A DNA stretch of 34,370 nt, taken from positions 1 to 34,370 of the forward strand of contig CAZRSI010000003.1 in the NCBI GenBank assembly GCA_964602575.1, read 5' to 3'. This stretch comes from an uncultured Anaerolineae bacterium. Lineage in GTDB: Bacteria; Chloroflexota; Anaerolineae; VGOG01. Below, piece after piece: positions 22,057 through 29,829 of this stretch (position 1 is the stretch's first letter; each line of letters starts with the position of its first letter). Under the pieces are notes generated by a model. That model saw only the letters and a list, made by a program, of their open reading frames with translations, was not told where the DNA came from and did no database searches. The position numbers were made by a program, and so were the translations under genes.

Positions 22057-23477
22057 GAATCGAGCACGTGGCCGTCATCGGCGCCGGCACGATGGGACAC
22101 GGCATCGCCCAAGTATTCGCTCTGGGCGGCTTGCAGGTGGCCCTGACCGACAGCGATGCGGAGGTTCTGGGAAAAGCGATTCAGCGCATCCAGGCGAATC
22201 TCGAGACTTGTGTTGAGTATGGCCTCATCGCTGAAGAACAGGCTGCGGCCGTACCAGCCCGTATCGCTTTGACCTCCAATCTGGCCGATGCGGTTGCTCA
22301 GGCTGACTTCATCGTGGAAGCCGTCTTTGAGAACCTCGCCGTCAAGCGCGAGGTGCTTCGCCAATTGGAGGAGTGCTGTCCGGCCCACGCCATCATCGCC
22401 AGCACCACCTCCAGCTTTCGCGCCCGTGACATGGCCGTCGCGCTGAGCCGCCCGGAGCGGTTCCTGGTAACCCACTTTTGGAATCCGCCATACGTCATTC
22501 CGGTCGTGGAGGTGATGCCTGGAGATCGCACCTCCGCCGAGGCTGTCCAGACCACCATGACGCTTCTAGAAGATGTGGGCAAGTATCCAGCGCTGGTGAG
22601 GAAGGACGTGGCCGGTTTCGTCGGTAATAGGCTGCAGCACGCTTTGCGCCGAGAGGCGATTGCCATCGTGGCTGAGGGTATCGCCAGCCCTGAGGATGTG
22701 GACCTCATCGCCAGGCTGAGTTTCGGCCTGCGGTTGCCCGTGCTGGGCCCACTGGAGACCGTTGATCTGGGTGGCCTGGACCTCACGCTGGCCATTCAGA
22801 CCTACCTGCTCCCGGAGCTGGACCGTTCCACCGAGCCCAAGCCGTTGATCCGCGATAAGGTGGCACGCGGCGAACTGGGTGCCAAAGCCGGCCGAGGATT
22901 CTACGACTGGCCCCCAGGCCGGGCTGCGGAGGTCATTCGGCGACGGGACGAGGCTCTTCTGGAGATGGTTCAGTGGTTGAGATCCCGCGGTTTCCTGCAG
23001 ACCCGAAGGGTTTCGAAAACCCTTCGGGTCTCCTTCCAGGGAAGAGCGATCCTTCCAGGCAACCTGGAAGGTGAGGCCCTGGTAACCCACATGGGGTTTA
23101 ACGCTTACGCCAGCTTCTCTACCAGCATCCACGCTCCGGTGGAGTCGGCCCAATGCGCCGACAGCAGCAATCCGGAACTCTACGGGAAGAATCTGACCGA
23201 CAAGATCCTTTGCCTTCCCCAAACCACCGGCTCCACCTCAGCCGGAGCGGTGTGGCAAAGGGTGGCCCAAATGGGGATCGCGCCCAAAGCGGTGTTGTTT
23301 TCCCAACGGATAGACTCCTTGGCTGCTGGAGGATTGATCGTAGCCGATGTGTGGGCTGGCAAGCGAATCGTCACCGTAGACCAATTAGGTGACGAGTTCC
23401 TGGAAACCGTCCGGGACGGCGACCGGATCGTGATACGAGAGGATGGCACAGTCATTGTCGAGAAGGGAGAAGCATGA
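22053..23477 (+). CDS. Fusion protein: N-terminal 3-hydroxyacyl-CoA-dehydrogenase-family NAD domain plus C-terminal aconitase X small (swivel) subunit, DUF126
   Basis: The GTG start overlaps the mttB stop (GTGA). The N-terminal part has the Rossmann motif VIGAGTMGHGIA and HFWNPPYVIPVVEV. The C-terminal roughly 148 aa (GRAILPGNLEGEALV...KILCLPQTTGSTSAGAVW...GDRIVIREDGTVIV) match the DUF126 pattern. The linker TRRVSKTLRVS is encoded by the palindrome at 22999-23031. Confidence 0.8.
   Translation: MRIEHVAVIGAGTMGHGIAQVFALGGLQVALTDSDAEVLGKAIQRIQANLETCVEYGLIAEEQAAAVPARIALTSNLADAVAQADFIVEAVFENLAVKREVLRQLEECCPAHAIIASTTSSFRARDMAVALSRPERFLVTHFWNPPYVIPVVEVMPGDRTSAEAVQTTMTLLEDVGKYPALVRKDVAGFVGNRLQHALRREAIAIVAEGIASPEDVDLIARLSFGLRLPVLGPLETVDLGGLDLTLAIQTYLLPELDRSTEPKPLIRDKVARGELGAKAGRGFYDWPPGRAAEVIRRRDEALLEMVQWLRSRGFLQTRRVSKTLRVSFQGRAILPGNLEGEALVTHMGFNAYASFSTSIHAPVESAQCADSSNPELYGKNLTDKILCLPQTTGSTSAGAVWQRVAQMGIAPKAVLFSQRIDSLAAGGLIVADVWAGKRIVTVDQLGDEFLETVRDGDRIVIREDGTVIVEKGEA
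22999..23031. repeat. 33-nt palindrome (copy 2) lying in frame inside the fusion ORF
   Basis: AGACCCGAAGGGTTT-cga-AAACCCTTCGGGTCT has 15-bp arms. It differs from copy 1 by paired changes in both arms: CTAAG/CTTAG versus CGAAG/CTTCG. Confidence 0.8.
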
Positions 23478-24664
23478 ATATCATTGCACCAGAAGAAGCA
23501 GGTTTTTCATCAGAACGGCTGAAGCGGATTGATGCGGCAATGCAGCGCTACGTTGATCAGAAAAAGGTGGCTGGCATTGTAACGCTGGTAGCGCGTCGTG
23601 GCAAGGTGGTTCATTATGAGAAATTCGGCTACCAGGACCTGGCCACCAGTCAACCGATGGAATTGGATACCATCTTCCGCATCTACTCCATGACCAAGCC
23701 CATTACCAGCGTGGCCTTCATGATGCTGTTTGAACAGGGCCTGGTTCGCCTGACCGATCCTGTAACCAAATTCATACCCGAGTTTGGGCAGGTTAAGGTC
23801 CTCGTTGGCGAGGACGGGCTAACCGATCTCGAACGCGAGATCACCATTCACGATCTGCTCCGGCACACCGCCGGGCTGAGCTACGGCGGCTATAAGGAAA
23901 CCCACGACCCAATTGACAAGCTGTACGATCAGGTGAACCTTTGGGAGCCAGGCATCACCAGCCAGGAGATGGTGCGACGCCTTACCGAGCTGCCTCTGGC
24001 CTTCCAGCCAGGGCAGGGATGGCGGTACAGTGTGGCTACCGATGTGGTCGGCTACCTGGTGGAGTTGATCTCCGGTATGTCTCTGGCCGAATTCTTCGCG
24101 GAAAGGATCCTGCAACCTCTTGGCATGGAGGATACGGCTTTCTCCGTGTCGCCCGACAAGAGGCATCGCTTCGCCACGCTGTATGGGAAGACCGAGCAGA
24201 GCGACTTGGAGGTAATTGACACAGCTACAGGTGGCGACTATTTCAACGTAAGCCTTTATTCAGGCGGGCATGGTCTGGTGTCTACTGCAGCCGATTATCT
24301 GCGCTTTGCTCAATTGATCCTCAACAAAGGCGAGTTGGACGGCGTGCGCTTGCTGGGACCGAAGACCGTGGAACTGATGACCACCAATCACCTCCCGCCC
24401 GACTTATTGCCGATAGCAATGAGCGGGGAACAAATGCCCGGGATAGGCTTCGGACTGGGTTTCAGCGTGATGATGGATGTGGCCCTCTCGGGGTGGATGG
24501 GCTCTGTGGGCCTCCATGCCTGGGGCGGCTGGGCCAGCACACATTTCTGGGTGGACCCACAGGAGCAGCTCATCGGTATCCTCATGCTACAGTACATACC
24601 TAGCGATGCCTACCCGATCAAAAACGATTTCAGGACGCTTGTCTACCAGGCGCTTATCGAGTGA
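23474..24664 (+). CDS. Beta-lactamase-fold serine hydrolase (class C / EstB / D-aminopeptidase-like family)
   Basis: 396 aa with an ATGA overlap onto the upstream stop. It has the S-x-x-K motif YSMTKPITS and WRYSVATD (Tyr motif region). Confidence 0.85.
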   Translation: MNIIAPEEAGFSSERLKRIDAAMQRYVDQKKVAGIVTLVARRGKVVHYEKFGYQDLATSQPMELDTIFRIYSMTKPITSVAFMMLFEQGLVRLTDPVTKFIPEFGQVKVLVGEDGLTDLEREITIHDLLRHTAGLSYGGYKETHDPIDKLYDQVNLWEPGITSQEMVRRLTELPLAFQPGQGWRYSVATDVVGYLVELISGMSLAEFFAERILQPLGMEDTAFSVSPDKRHRFATLYGKTEQSDLEVIDTATGGDYFNVSLYSGGHGLVSTAADYLRFAQLILNKGELDGVRLLGPKTVELMTTNHLPPDLLPIAMSGEQMPGIGFGLGFSVMMDVALSGWMGSVGLHAWGGWASTHFWVDPQEQLIGILMLQYIPSDAYPIKNDFRTLVYQALIE

Positions 24665-24883
24665 GCGCTACTCACCTGTTCCCGCCGGATTCCTTCAACT
24701 ATGCTCTCGCGAAGGGAGGAGCTCGGTCAGGAGACCTTCGCTCATCACTTATAGTGAGTGAAATAGAACTATCCCCGCTGTGGGGCTGACGGAAAGTGGA
24801 GTTATGGAAAGGAGGGATGTCTATGACATGAGAATGTCGGGTTATGGCGGTAGTATTGAGAAGACAACTAAGGAGGTTAAGAA

Positions 24884-26731
24884 ATGACTAGGAAGACTCT
24901 GACCAATCTGGTTCTGGCGCTAGCCATGTTGCTGACCATGTTGGGTGCGGCCAGCGCTGCCCCGCCGGCCCAGGAGGAGATGACCTACACGGTCAAGCTG
25001 GGGGACAACCTGTGGACCCTGGCGGAGAAGTACCTGGGCAGCGGTCCGGCCTACTGGGCCATCGTCGGTGCTACCAATACCAGACATGGGACAGACCCCA
25101 CCTTCGCCCGCATCGAGAACCCCGACCTGATCCATCCTGGCTGGAAGCTCCTCATCCCCAGTGTCGAGGAAGCAGCGAGATATGCTGCTCTCGCCAAGCC
25201 TGTCCCGACCGGCCTCGTCACCATGCGCGTCGGCACCACCTACATCCTGGACACCATCAACGTCAACGTGTCCTGGACGAGCTGGTCCATCTGGCGGCTC
25301 ATCTACGATGCACTGATCGAGACGAGCGCTCTGGGCGTCTATAGGCCCGGCCTCGCAGAGAGCTGGAGCGTGTCCGACGATGGCCTGACCTGGACGTTTA
25401 AGATCCGGAAGGGAGTGACCTTCCACGACGGTACGCCCTGCACCGCCAAGGACGTCGCCTGGAGCCTCAACTGGATGAAAACGGTAGGGAACGACAGCCT
25501 GTCCTATCTGTGGGATGATGAAACCGAGGAAATCGTTGCCCTGGACGACACCACCTTGCAGATCAAGACCCCCTTCCCAGTGGGCAACATGGAGTACCGC
25601 ATGTTCTGGGCCTTCATTGTCCCGAAGAGTGTATGGGGCGGCATTGACAACTACGACGATATGGCAGCCTACACGGAGCTCGATGCTGCCACAGGCACGG
25701 GCCCCTTCAAGGTGGTGGACTATGCCCCAGATGAGTACCTGATCCTGGAGGCCAATGAGAACTACTGGGGGGGCAAGCCTGCCATTGACAGGCTCATCTT
25801 CCAACAGTACGCCACTGAGGATGCCATGGTGCAGGCGCTGCTGGCTGGCGAGATTGACGCCATCGAGGGCGTTCCAGCCACAGCGGTCCAAACCTTGCAG
25901 GAGGCGGATAACATCCACGTGGAGATCCTGCAAGGGCACGCGGTGGATGAGTTGACCATCAACTCCCACGAGAACGGCACCCAGCCGCCCAGCCTGAACG
26001 ATCCCATTGTGCGCCTAGCCATCGAGTATGCCATTGACCGCCAGAAGATCATTGACGTGGCCTACATGGGTTTCGGCACGCCAGCCACGACCATGATCGC
26101 TCCCAGCCTGGGAGACTGGCACAACAGCGAAATCGAGGCCATCCCCTTCGACCCCGACGAGGGCAATCGCATCCTCGATGAAGCCGGCTACCTGGACACC
26201 GACGGCGATGGCATCCGCGAGTGGTCCGATGGCACCCCGATGAAGTACCGCCTGATGGGTGGAGACACTGCTACCGACGCCCGCGTCCTGGAGATCATCG
26301 CCGATGGCTTGGCCCAGATTGGCATCGGCACCGAGATCAACGCCGTGGACTTTGAAACCCAGTCCGCAAAGGCTTACGAGTACGACTTCGACTTGAACTA
26401 CTGGTGGTGGGGCATGGACATTGATCCCGACTTTGCTATGGTGATCTTCAAATGCGAGGAGCGAGAGGGCTGGGGCTGGAATCCCAACGGTTACTGCAAC
26501 CCAGAGTTCGAGGAGTTGTACAAGCAACAGGCCAGGGCCGTGGATCACGAAGAACGGCGCAAGATCATCTGGAAGATGCAGGAAATGATTTACAACGATC
26601 GCCCCTGGATCGTGCTCCTCTATCGGGTCAACATCGCGGCCTATCGCAGCGACCGCTTCACTGGCTTCAGGCCGGAAGCCAAGTATCTGCTGGGGAAGTG
26701 GTCACTGATGCATGTTGAGCCCCTGGTATAG
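24884..26731 (+). CDS. Family-5 (Dpp/Opp-type) peptide ABC substrate-binding protein with an N-terminal LysM domain
   Basis: It has a signal peptide ending in ASAAPPA, with no lipobox. The LysM-like module YTVKLGDNLWTLAEKYLG...IHPGWKLLIP spans about 24986-25159. The remaining roughly 520 aa are SBP_bac_5-like (FKIRKGVTFHDGTP, ANENYWGGKP). The RBS AAGGAGG lies upstream. Confidence 0.85.
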   Translation: MTRKTLTNLVLALAMLLTMLGAASAAPPAQEEMTYTVKLGDNLWTLAEKYLGSGPAYWAIVGATNTRHGTDPTFARIENPDLIHPGWKLLIPSVEEAARYAALAKPVPTGLVTMRVGTTYILDTINVNVSWTSWSIWRLIYDALIETSALGVYRPGLAESWSVSDDGLTWTFKIRKGVTFHDGTPCTAKDVAWSLNWMKTVGNDSLSYLWDDETEEIVALDDTTLQIKTPFPVGNMEYRMFWAFIVPKSVWGGIDNYDDMAAYTELDAATGTGPFKVVDYAPDEYLILEANENYWGGKPAIDRLIFQQYATEDAMVQALLAGEIDAIEGVPATAVQTLQEADNIHVEILQGHAVDELTINSHENGTQPPSLNDPIVRLAIEYAIDRQKIIDVAYMGFGTPATTMIAPSLGDWHNSEIEAIPFDPDEGNRILDEAGYLDTDGDGIREWSDGTPMKYRLMGGDTATDARVLEIIADGLAQIGIGTEINAVDFETQSAKAYEYDFDLNYWWWGMDIDPDFAMVIFKCEEREGWGWNPNGYCNPEFEELYKQQARAVDHEERRKIIWKMQEMIYNDRPWIVLLYRVNIAAYRSDRFTGFRPEAKYLLGKWSLMHVEPLV

Positions 26732-26748
26732 GGAGGTTAGCGTCAATA

Positions 26749-26783
26749 TCCGGTCGGCCCGGCTCGTTGCCGGGCCGACCGGA
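26749..26783 (+). promoter_or_regulatory. Stem-loop directly after the peptide-binding-protein gene
   Basis: TCCGGTCGGCCCGGC-tcgtt-GCCGGGCCGACCGGA is a 15-bp perfect GC-rich stem. No T-tract follows. Confidence 0.6.
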
Positions 26784-26800
26784 ATCCTCACGAGGCGGGT

Positions 26801-27814
26801 ATGCAGCGCAGCGACTATCTGATTCGTAAGGCCTTTTGGGCACTCATCACCCTGGTGGTGGTGATTGTCTTCAACTTCTTTCTCTTCCGCATCTTGCCCG
26901 GCGACCCAGTCAGGGCGCTCATCCAAAGCGCCAGAATGGACCGCGAGGCGCAGGAGAGGATCAGGACCCAGTTTGGGCTGGATAAGCCCATCTGGCTAGA
27001 CGTGGAGCGACTGCGGCAAGGCGACATAAGAGGAACCCTGGACACACAGTTCACTGCCTATGTGAGTAATTTACTGCGAGGAAACCTGGGGGTCTCCTTC
27101 ACCAAGAAGATGCCCGTGAGCAAGCTGCTGGCGGAGCGCGTGTGGCGAACGGTGGTACTGTTGGCCCTCGGCGAGGTGATATCCATCGTGTTGGGCATCA
27201 TCCTGGGCATCGTGGCCTCGTGGCGGCGCGGCTCCAAGCTCGATACTGGCATAATGATGTGGGGGCTGTTCACCTGGTCTATTCCCACCTTCTTCTTCGG
27301 CATCATCCTGGTGATATTGGCCCGTGGGCACCTCCCGACCGGTATGATGGTCACCCCAGGCCTGAAGCCGGAGGACGGCCTGACCTATTGGCTAGATGTG
27401 GGGAAACATCTCATTTTGCCCACCATCACCTTGGGTATTGGGTACGTCAGCATGTACATGATGGTTATGCGCAGCAGCGTGGTGGAGGTGCTGAGCGAAG
27501 ACTACATCCTGACTGCCAAGGCCAAGGGGCTGAGTACCTTCCGGATTCTGCGCGACCATGCGCTCAAGAACGCCATGCTGCCCATGATAACCAACATCAT
27601 GCTCACCCTGGGCTATACCGTCGGCGGGGCTATCCAGGTGGAGACGGTCTTCTCCTGGCCGGGGATCGGGCGGCTGATCTACGACGCGGTGGGCAAGCAG
27701 GATTTTCCAGTGCTGCAGGGCGCGTTCCTGTTGATTGCCGCCAGTGTCATTGGAGCCAACTTCCTCGCCGACCTGTTATACTCGGTGCTGGACCCGCGGG
27801 TGAAGGCGGAATAG
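26801..27814 (+). CDS. Peptide/nickel-type ABC transporter permease (DppB/OppB family)
   Basis: 337 aa with the N-terminus YLIRKAFWALITLVVVIVFNFFLFRILPGDP and the EAA-loop region DYILTAKAKGLS typical of the family. Confidence 0.9.
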   Translation: MQRSDYLIRKAFWALITLVVVIVFNFFLFRILPGDPVRALIQSARMDREAQERIRTQFGLDKPIWLDVERLRQGDIRGTLDTQFTAYVSNLLRGNLGVSFTKKMPVSKLLAERVWRTVVLLALGEVISIVLGIILGIVASWRRGSKLDTGIMMWGLFTWSIPTFFFGIILVILARGHLPTGMMVTPGLKPEDGLTYWLDVGKHLILPTITLGIGYVSMYMMVMRSSVVEVLSEDYILTAKAKGLSTFRILRDHALKNAMLPMITNIMLTLGYTVGGAIQVETVFSWPGIGRLIYDAVGKQDFPVLQGAFLLIAASVIGANFLADLLYSVLDPRVKAE

Positions 27815-27827
27815 GAGTGCTGGGGAG

Positions 27828-28736
27828 ATGAATCTGAAACACGTATGGGACACTTTCCGACGCAAGCCGATGGCCATGGTTGGCCTGTTCATGCTCCTAT
27901 CTGTGGTATTGGTCGCCATTCTTGCGCCCTGGCTGGCCCCCTACGATCCCAAGGAGCAGGTGGAAGTTAGGCCTGAGGACATCCTGGCCCCACCAGATGC
28001 CGAACACCTGCTGGGCCGGGACGACGCTGGCAAGGATGTGTTGAGCCAGCTCATCTACGGCGCGCGGATCTCGCTGCTGGTGGGCTTCACGGCGTCCTTC
28101 ATGTCCATGTTCATCGGTGCCACGGTTGGCTTGCTGGCCGGTTTCTATGGCGGACGCATCGGCAACTTTCTCATGCGCATCACCGATTTCCTGCTGGTGA
28201 TCCCCACCCTGCCGTTGATGCTGGTCATCATCTCGGTATGGGGGCGAGGGATAGAGAAGATCATCCTGGTCATTGGCCTGTTGTACTGGACCTACATGGC
28301 GCGGCTGGTGCGTTCGCAGGTGCTCTCGATCAAGGAGCGTCAGTTCATCATGCGGGCGCGGGCCATCGGCGCCGGCAGCCTACGCATCATCACGCGTCAC
28401 ATCTTTCCCCAGGTACTGCCCCTCATTATCGCCCAGGCGGTGCTGGACATCTCCACCGCTATCATAGCCGAATCGTCGCTTAGCTTCCTGGGCCTGGGCG
28501 ATCCCACCCAGGTAAGTTGGGGCATGATGCTCAACTTCGCCTTCGCTCGCGCCATCAGCCGTGAGGCTTGGTGGTTCTTGCTGCCGCCCGGCTTTGCCAT
28601 CGTCTGGGTTAGTGTGGCGTTGGTGTTGATTGGAACCGCACTGGAGGAAATCGCCAATCCGAGGCTCAAGACCCACCACCTCTTCAATCCACGACAGATG
28701 GTGGCGCTGGCAGAGACAGAGGGAGTGACGGTGTGA
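27828..28736 (+). CDS. Peptide/nickel-type ABC transporter permease (DppC/OppC family)
   Basis: 302 aa with HLLGRDDAGKDVLSQLIYGARISL and RQFIMRARAIGAG typical of DppC/OppC. Confidence 0.9.
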   Translation: MNLKHVWDTFRRKPMAMVGLFMLLSVVLVAILAPWLAPYDPKEQVEVRPEDILAPPDAEHLLGRDDAGKDVLSQLIYGARISLLVGFTASFMSMFIGATVGLLAGFYGGRIGNFLMRITDFLLVIPTLPLMLVIISVWGRGIEKIILVIGLLYWTYMARLVRSQVLSIKERQFIMRARAIGAGSLRIITRHIFPQVLPLIIAQAVLDISTAIIAESSLSFLGLGDPTQVSWGMMLNFAFARAISREAWWFLLPPGFAIVWVSVALVLIGTALEEIANPRLKTHHLFNPRQMVALAETEGVTV

Positions 28737-29698
28737 TGGCCATACTGGAAGTGCAGAACCTCTCCGTCAACTACCTGACTGACGACGGTACGGCGCTGCG
28801 CGCGGTAGAGGATCTAAGTTTTGAATTGGAGCAAGGTCGCTCTCTGGGGCTGGTGGGGGAGAGCGGGTGTGGCAAGACCACAGCCATGCTGGGGGTGCTG
28901 CGCTTGCTCCCTGCCGAAGGCCGCATCGTCTCCGGCGAGGTTCGCTATAAAGGGGTGGACCTGCTGCGTTTGTCCGAGCGGGAGATGCGCAAGTACCGTT
29001 GGAACAGGATAGCCATCGTCTTCCAAGGGGCCATGAACGCCCTCAACCCGGTGCGCAGGGTTGGCGATCAGATTGCCGAAGCGATTCTGCTCCATGGGGC
29101 GGCCCCAGACAAGCAAGCAGCCCACGCGCGGGTCGGCGAGTTGCTGGAGTTAGTAGGGATTACTCCGGAGAGGGCCAAGCAATACCCTCACCAGTACAGT
29201 GGCGGGATGCGCCAGCGGGCGATGATCGCTATGGCCCTGGCCTGCTCCCCCGATATCCTCATCGCCGACGAACCGACCACTGCCCTGGACGTGATGATCC
29301 AGGCCCAGATACTGAATCTGTTGCAGAAATTGCAGCATGAGTTGGGGCTGTCTATCATCCTGGTGACTCACGATCTGGGGGTGGTGGCCGAGCTCTGCGA
29401 TGATGTGCTGGTGATGTATGGTGGCAAGACGGCTGAGTATGCCAGCGCGGACACCATCTACAACGAACCGCTGCATCCCTATACCCAGCGTCTCCTGCAG
29501 GCCTTCCCCGACATTGACAATCCCGCCTCAGAGCTGGCCTCGATTCCTGGCTACCCACCACGACTTGATGCCCTGCCACCGGGATGCCGTTTTGAACCCC
29601 GCTGCCATTGCAAGAGCGACATCTGTGCCGTGGAAAGCCCGCCGTTGCTGGCTGTCAAACCCGGCCACTACGTCGCCTGTCACCAGGTGAGGGGTTAG
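28736..29698 (+). CDS. Peptide ABC transporter ATP-binding protein (DppD/OppD family)
   Basis: Walker A GESGCGKTT, signature YSGGMRQR and Walker B ILIADEPT are present, with a C-terminal oligopeptide-ATPase extension (PGCRFEPRC). ATG 28736 overlaps the upstream TGA. Confidence 0.9.
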   Translation: MAILEVQNLSVNYLTDDGTALRAVEDLSFELEQGRSLGLVGESGCGKTTAMLGVLRLLPAEGRIVSGEVRYKGVDLLRLSEREMRKYRWNRIAIVFQGAMNALNPVRRVGDQIAEAILLHGAAPDKQAAHARVGELLELVGITPERAKQYPHQYSGGMRQRAMIAMALACSPDILIADEPTTALDVMIQAQILNLLQKLQHELGLSIILVTHDLGVVAELCDDVLVMYGGKTAEYASADTIYNEPLHPYTQRLLQAFPDIDNPASELASIPGYPPRLDALPPGCRFEPRCHCKSDICAVESPPLLAVKPGHYVACHQVRG

Positions 29699-29702
29699 TA
29701 AC

Positions 29703-29804
29703 TAACCCTCCCGCAGGTTTGGGAGCAATTTCGAGTAGGGATACGCTTCAACACCAGATTTGATTCCGTTAGTCGGGATGATTCTTGAACCTGTGGGAGG
29801 GTAA
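29703..29804. repeat. Long-range inverted repeat filling the dppD/dppF spacer
   Basis: TAACCCTCCCGCAGGTT (29703-29719) pairs with AACCTGTGGGAGGGTAA (29788-29804), giving about 16 bp with one G-U and one mismatch. It encloses about 68 nt of unique sequence. Confidence 0.6.
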
Positions 29805-29829
29805 CTGGGTAAACACAGAGGTTAATTGA

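Noticed and set aside
24741-24761. A T7-promoter-like string is present: the reverse complement contains ACTCACTATA (24750-24759).
   Set aside because: Only the 10-nt core matches and the flanking TAATACG and GGGAGA parts are absent. No phage-type RNA polymerase or phage genes are in the window, so this is most likely chance.
27142-27831. A 229-aa same-strand alternative-frame ORF overlaps the DppB-type permease gene.
   Set aside because: Its composition is extremely biased (Arg/Gly/His/Pro) with no motif, whereas the overlapping frame encodes a canonical permease. It is a spurious open frame.
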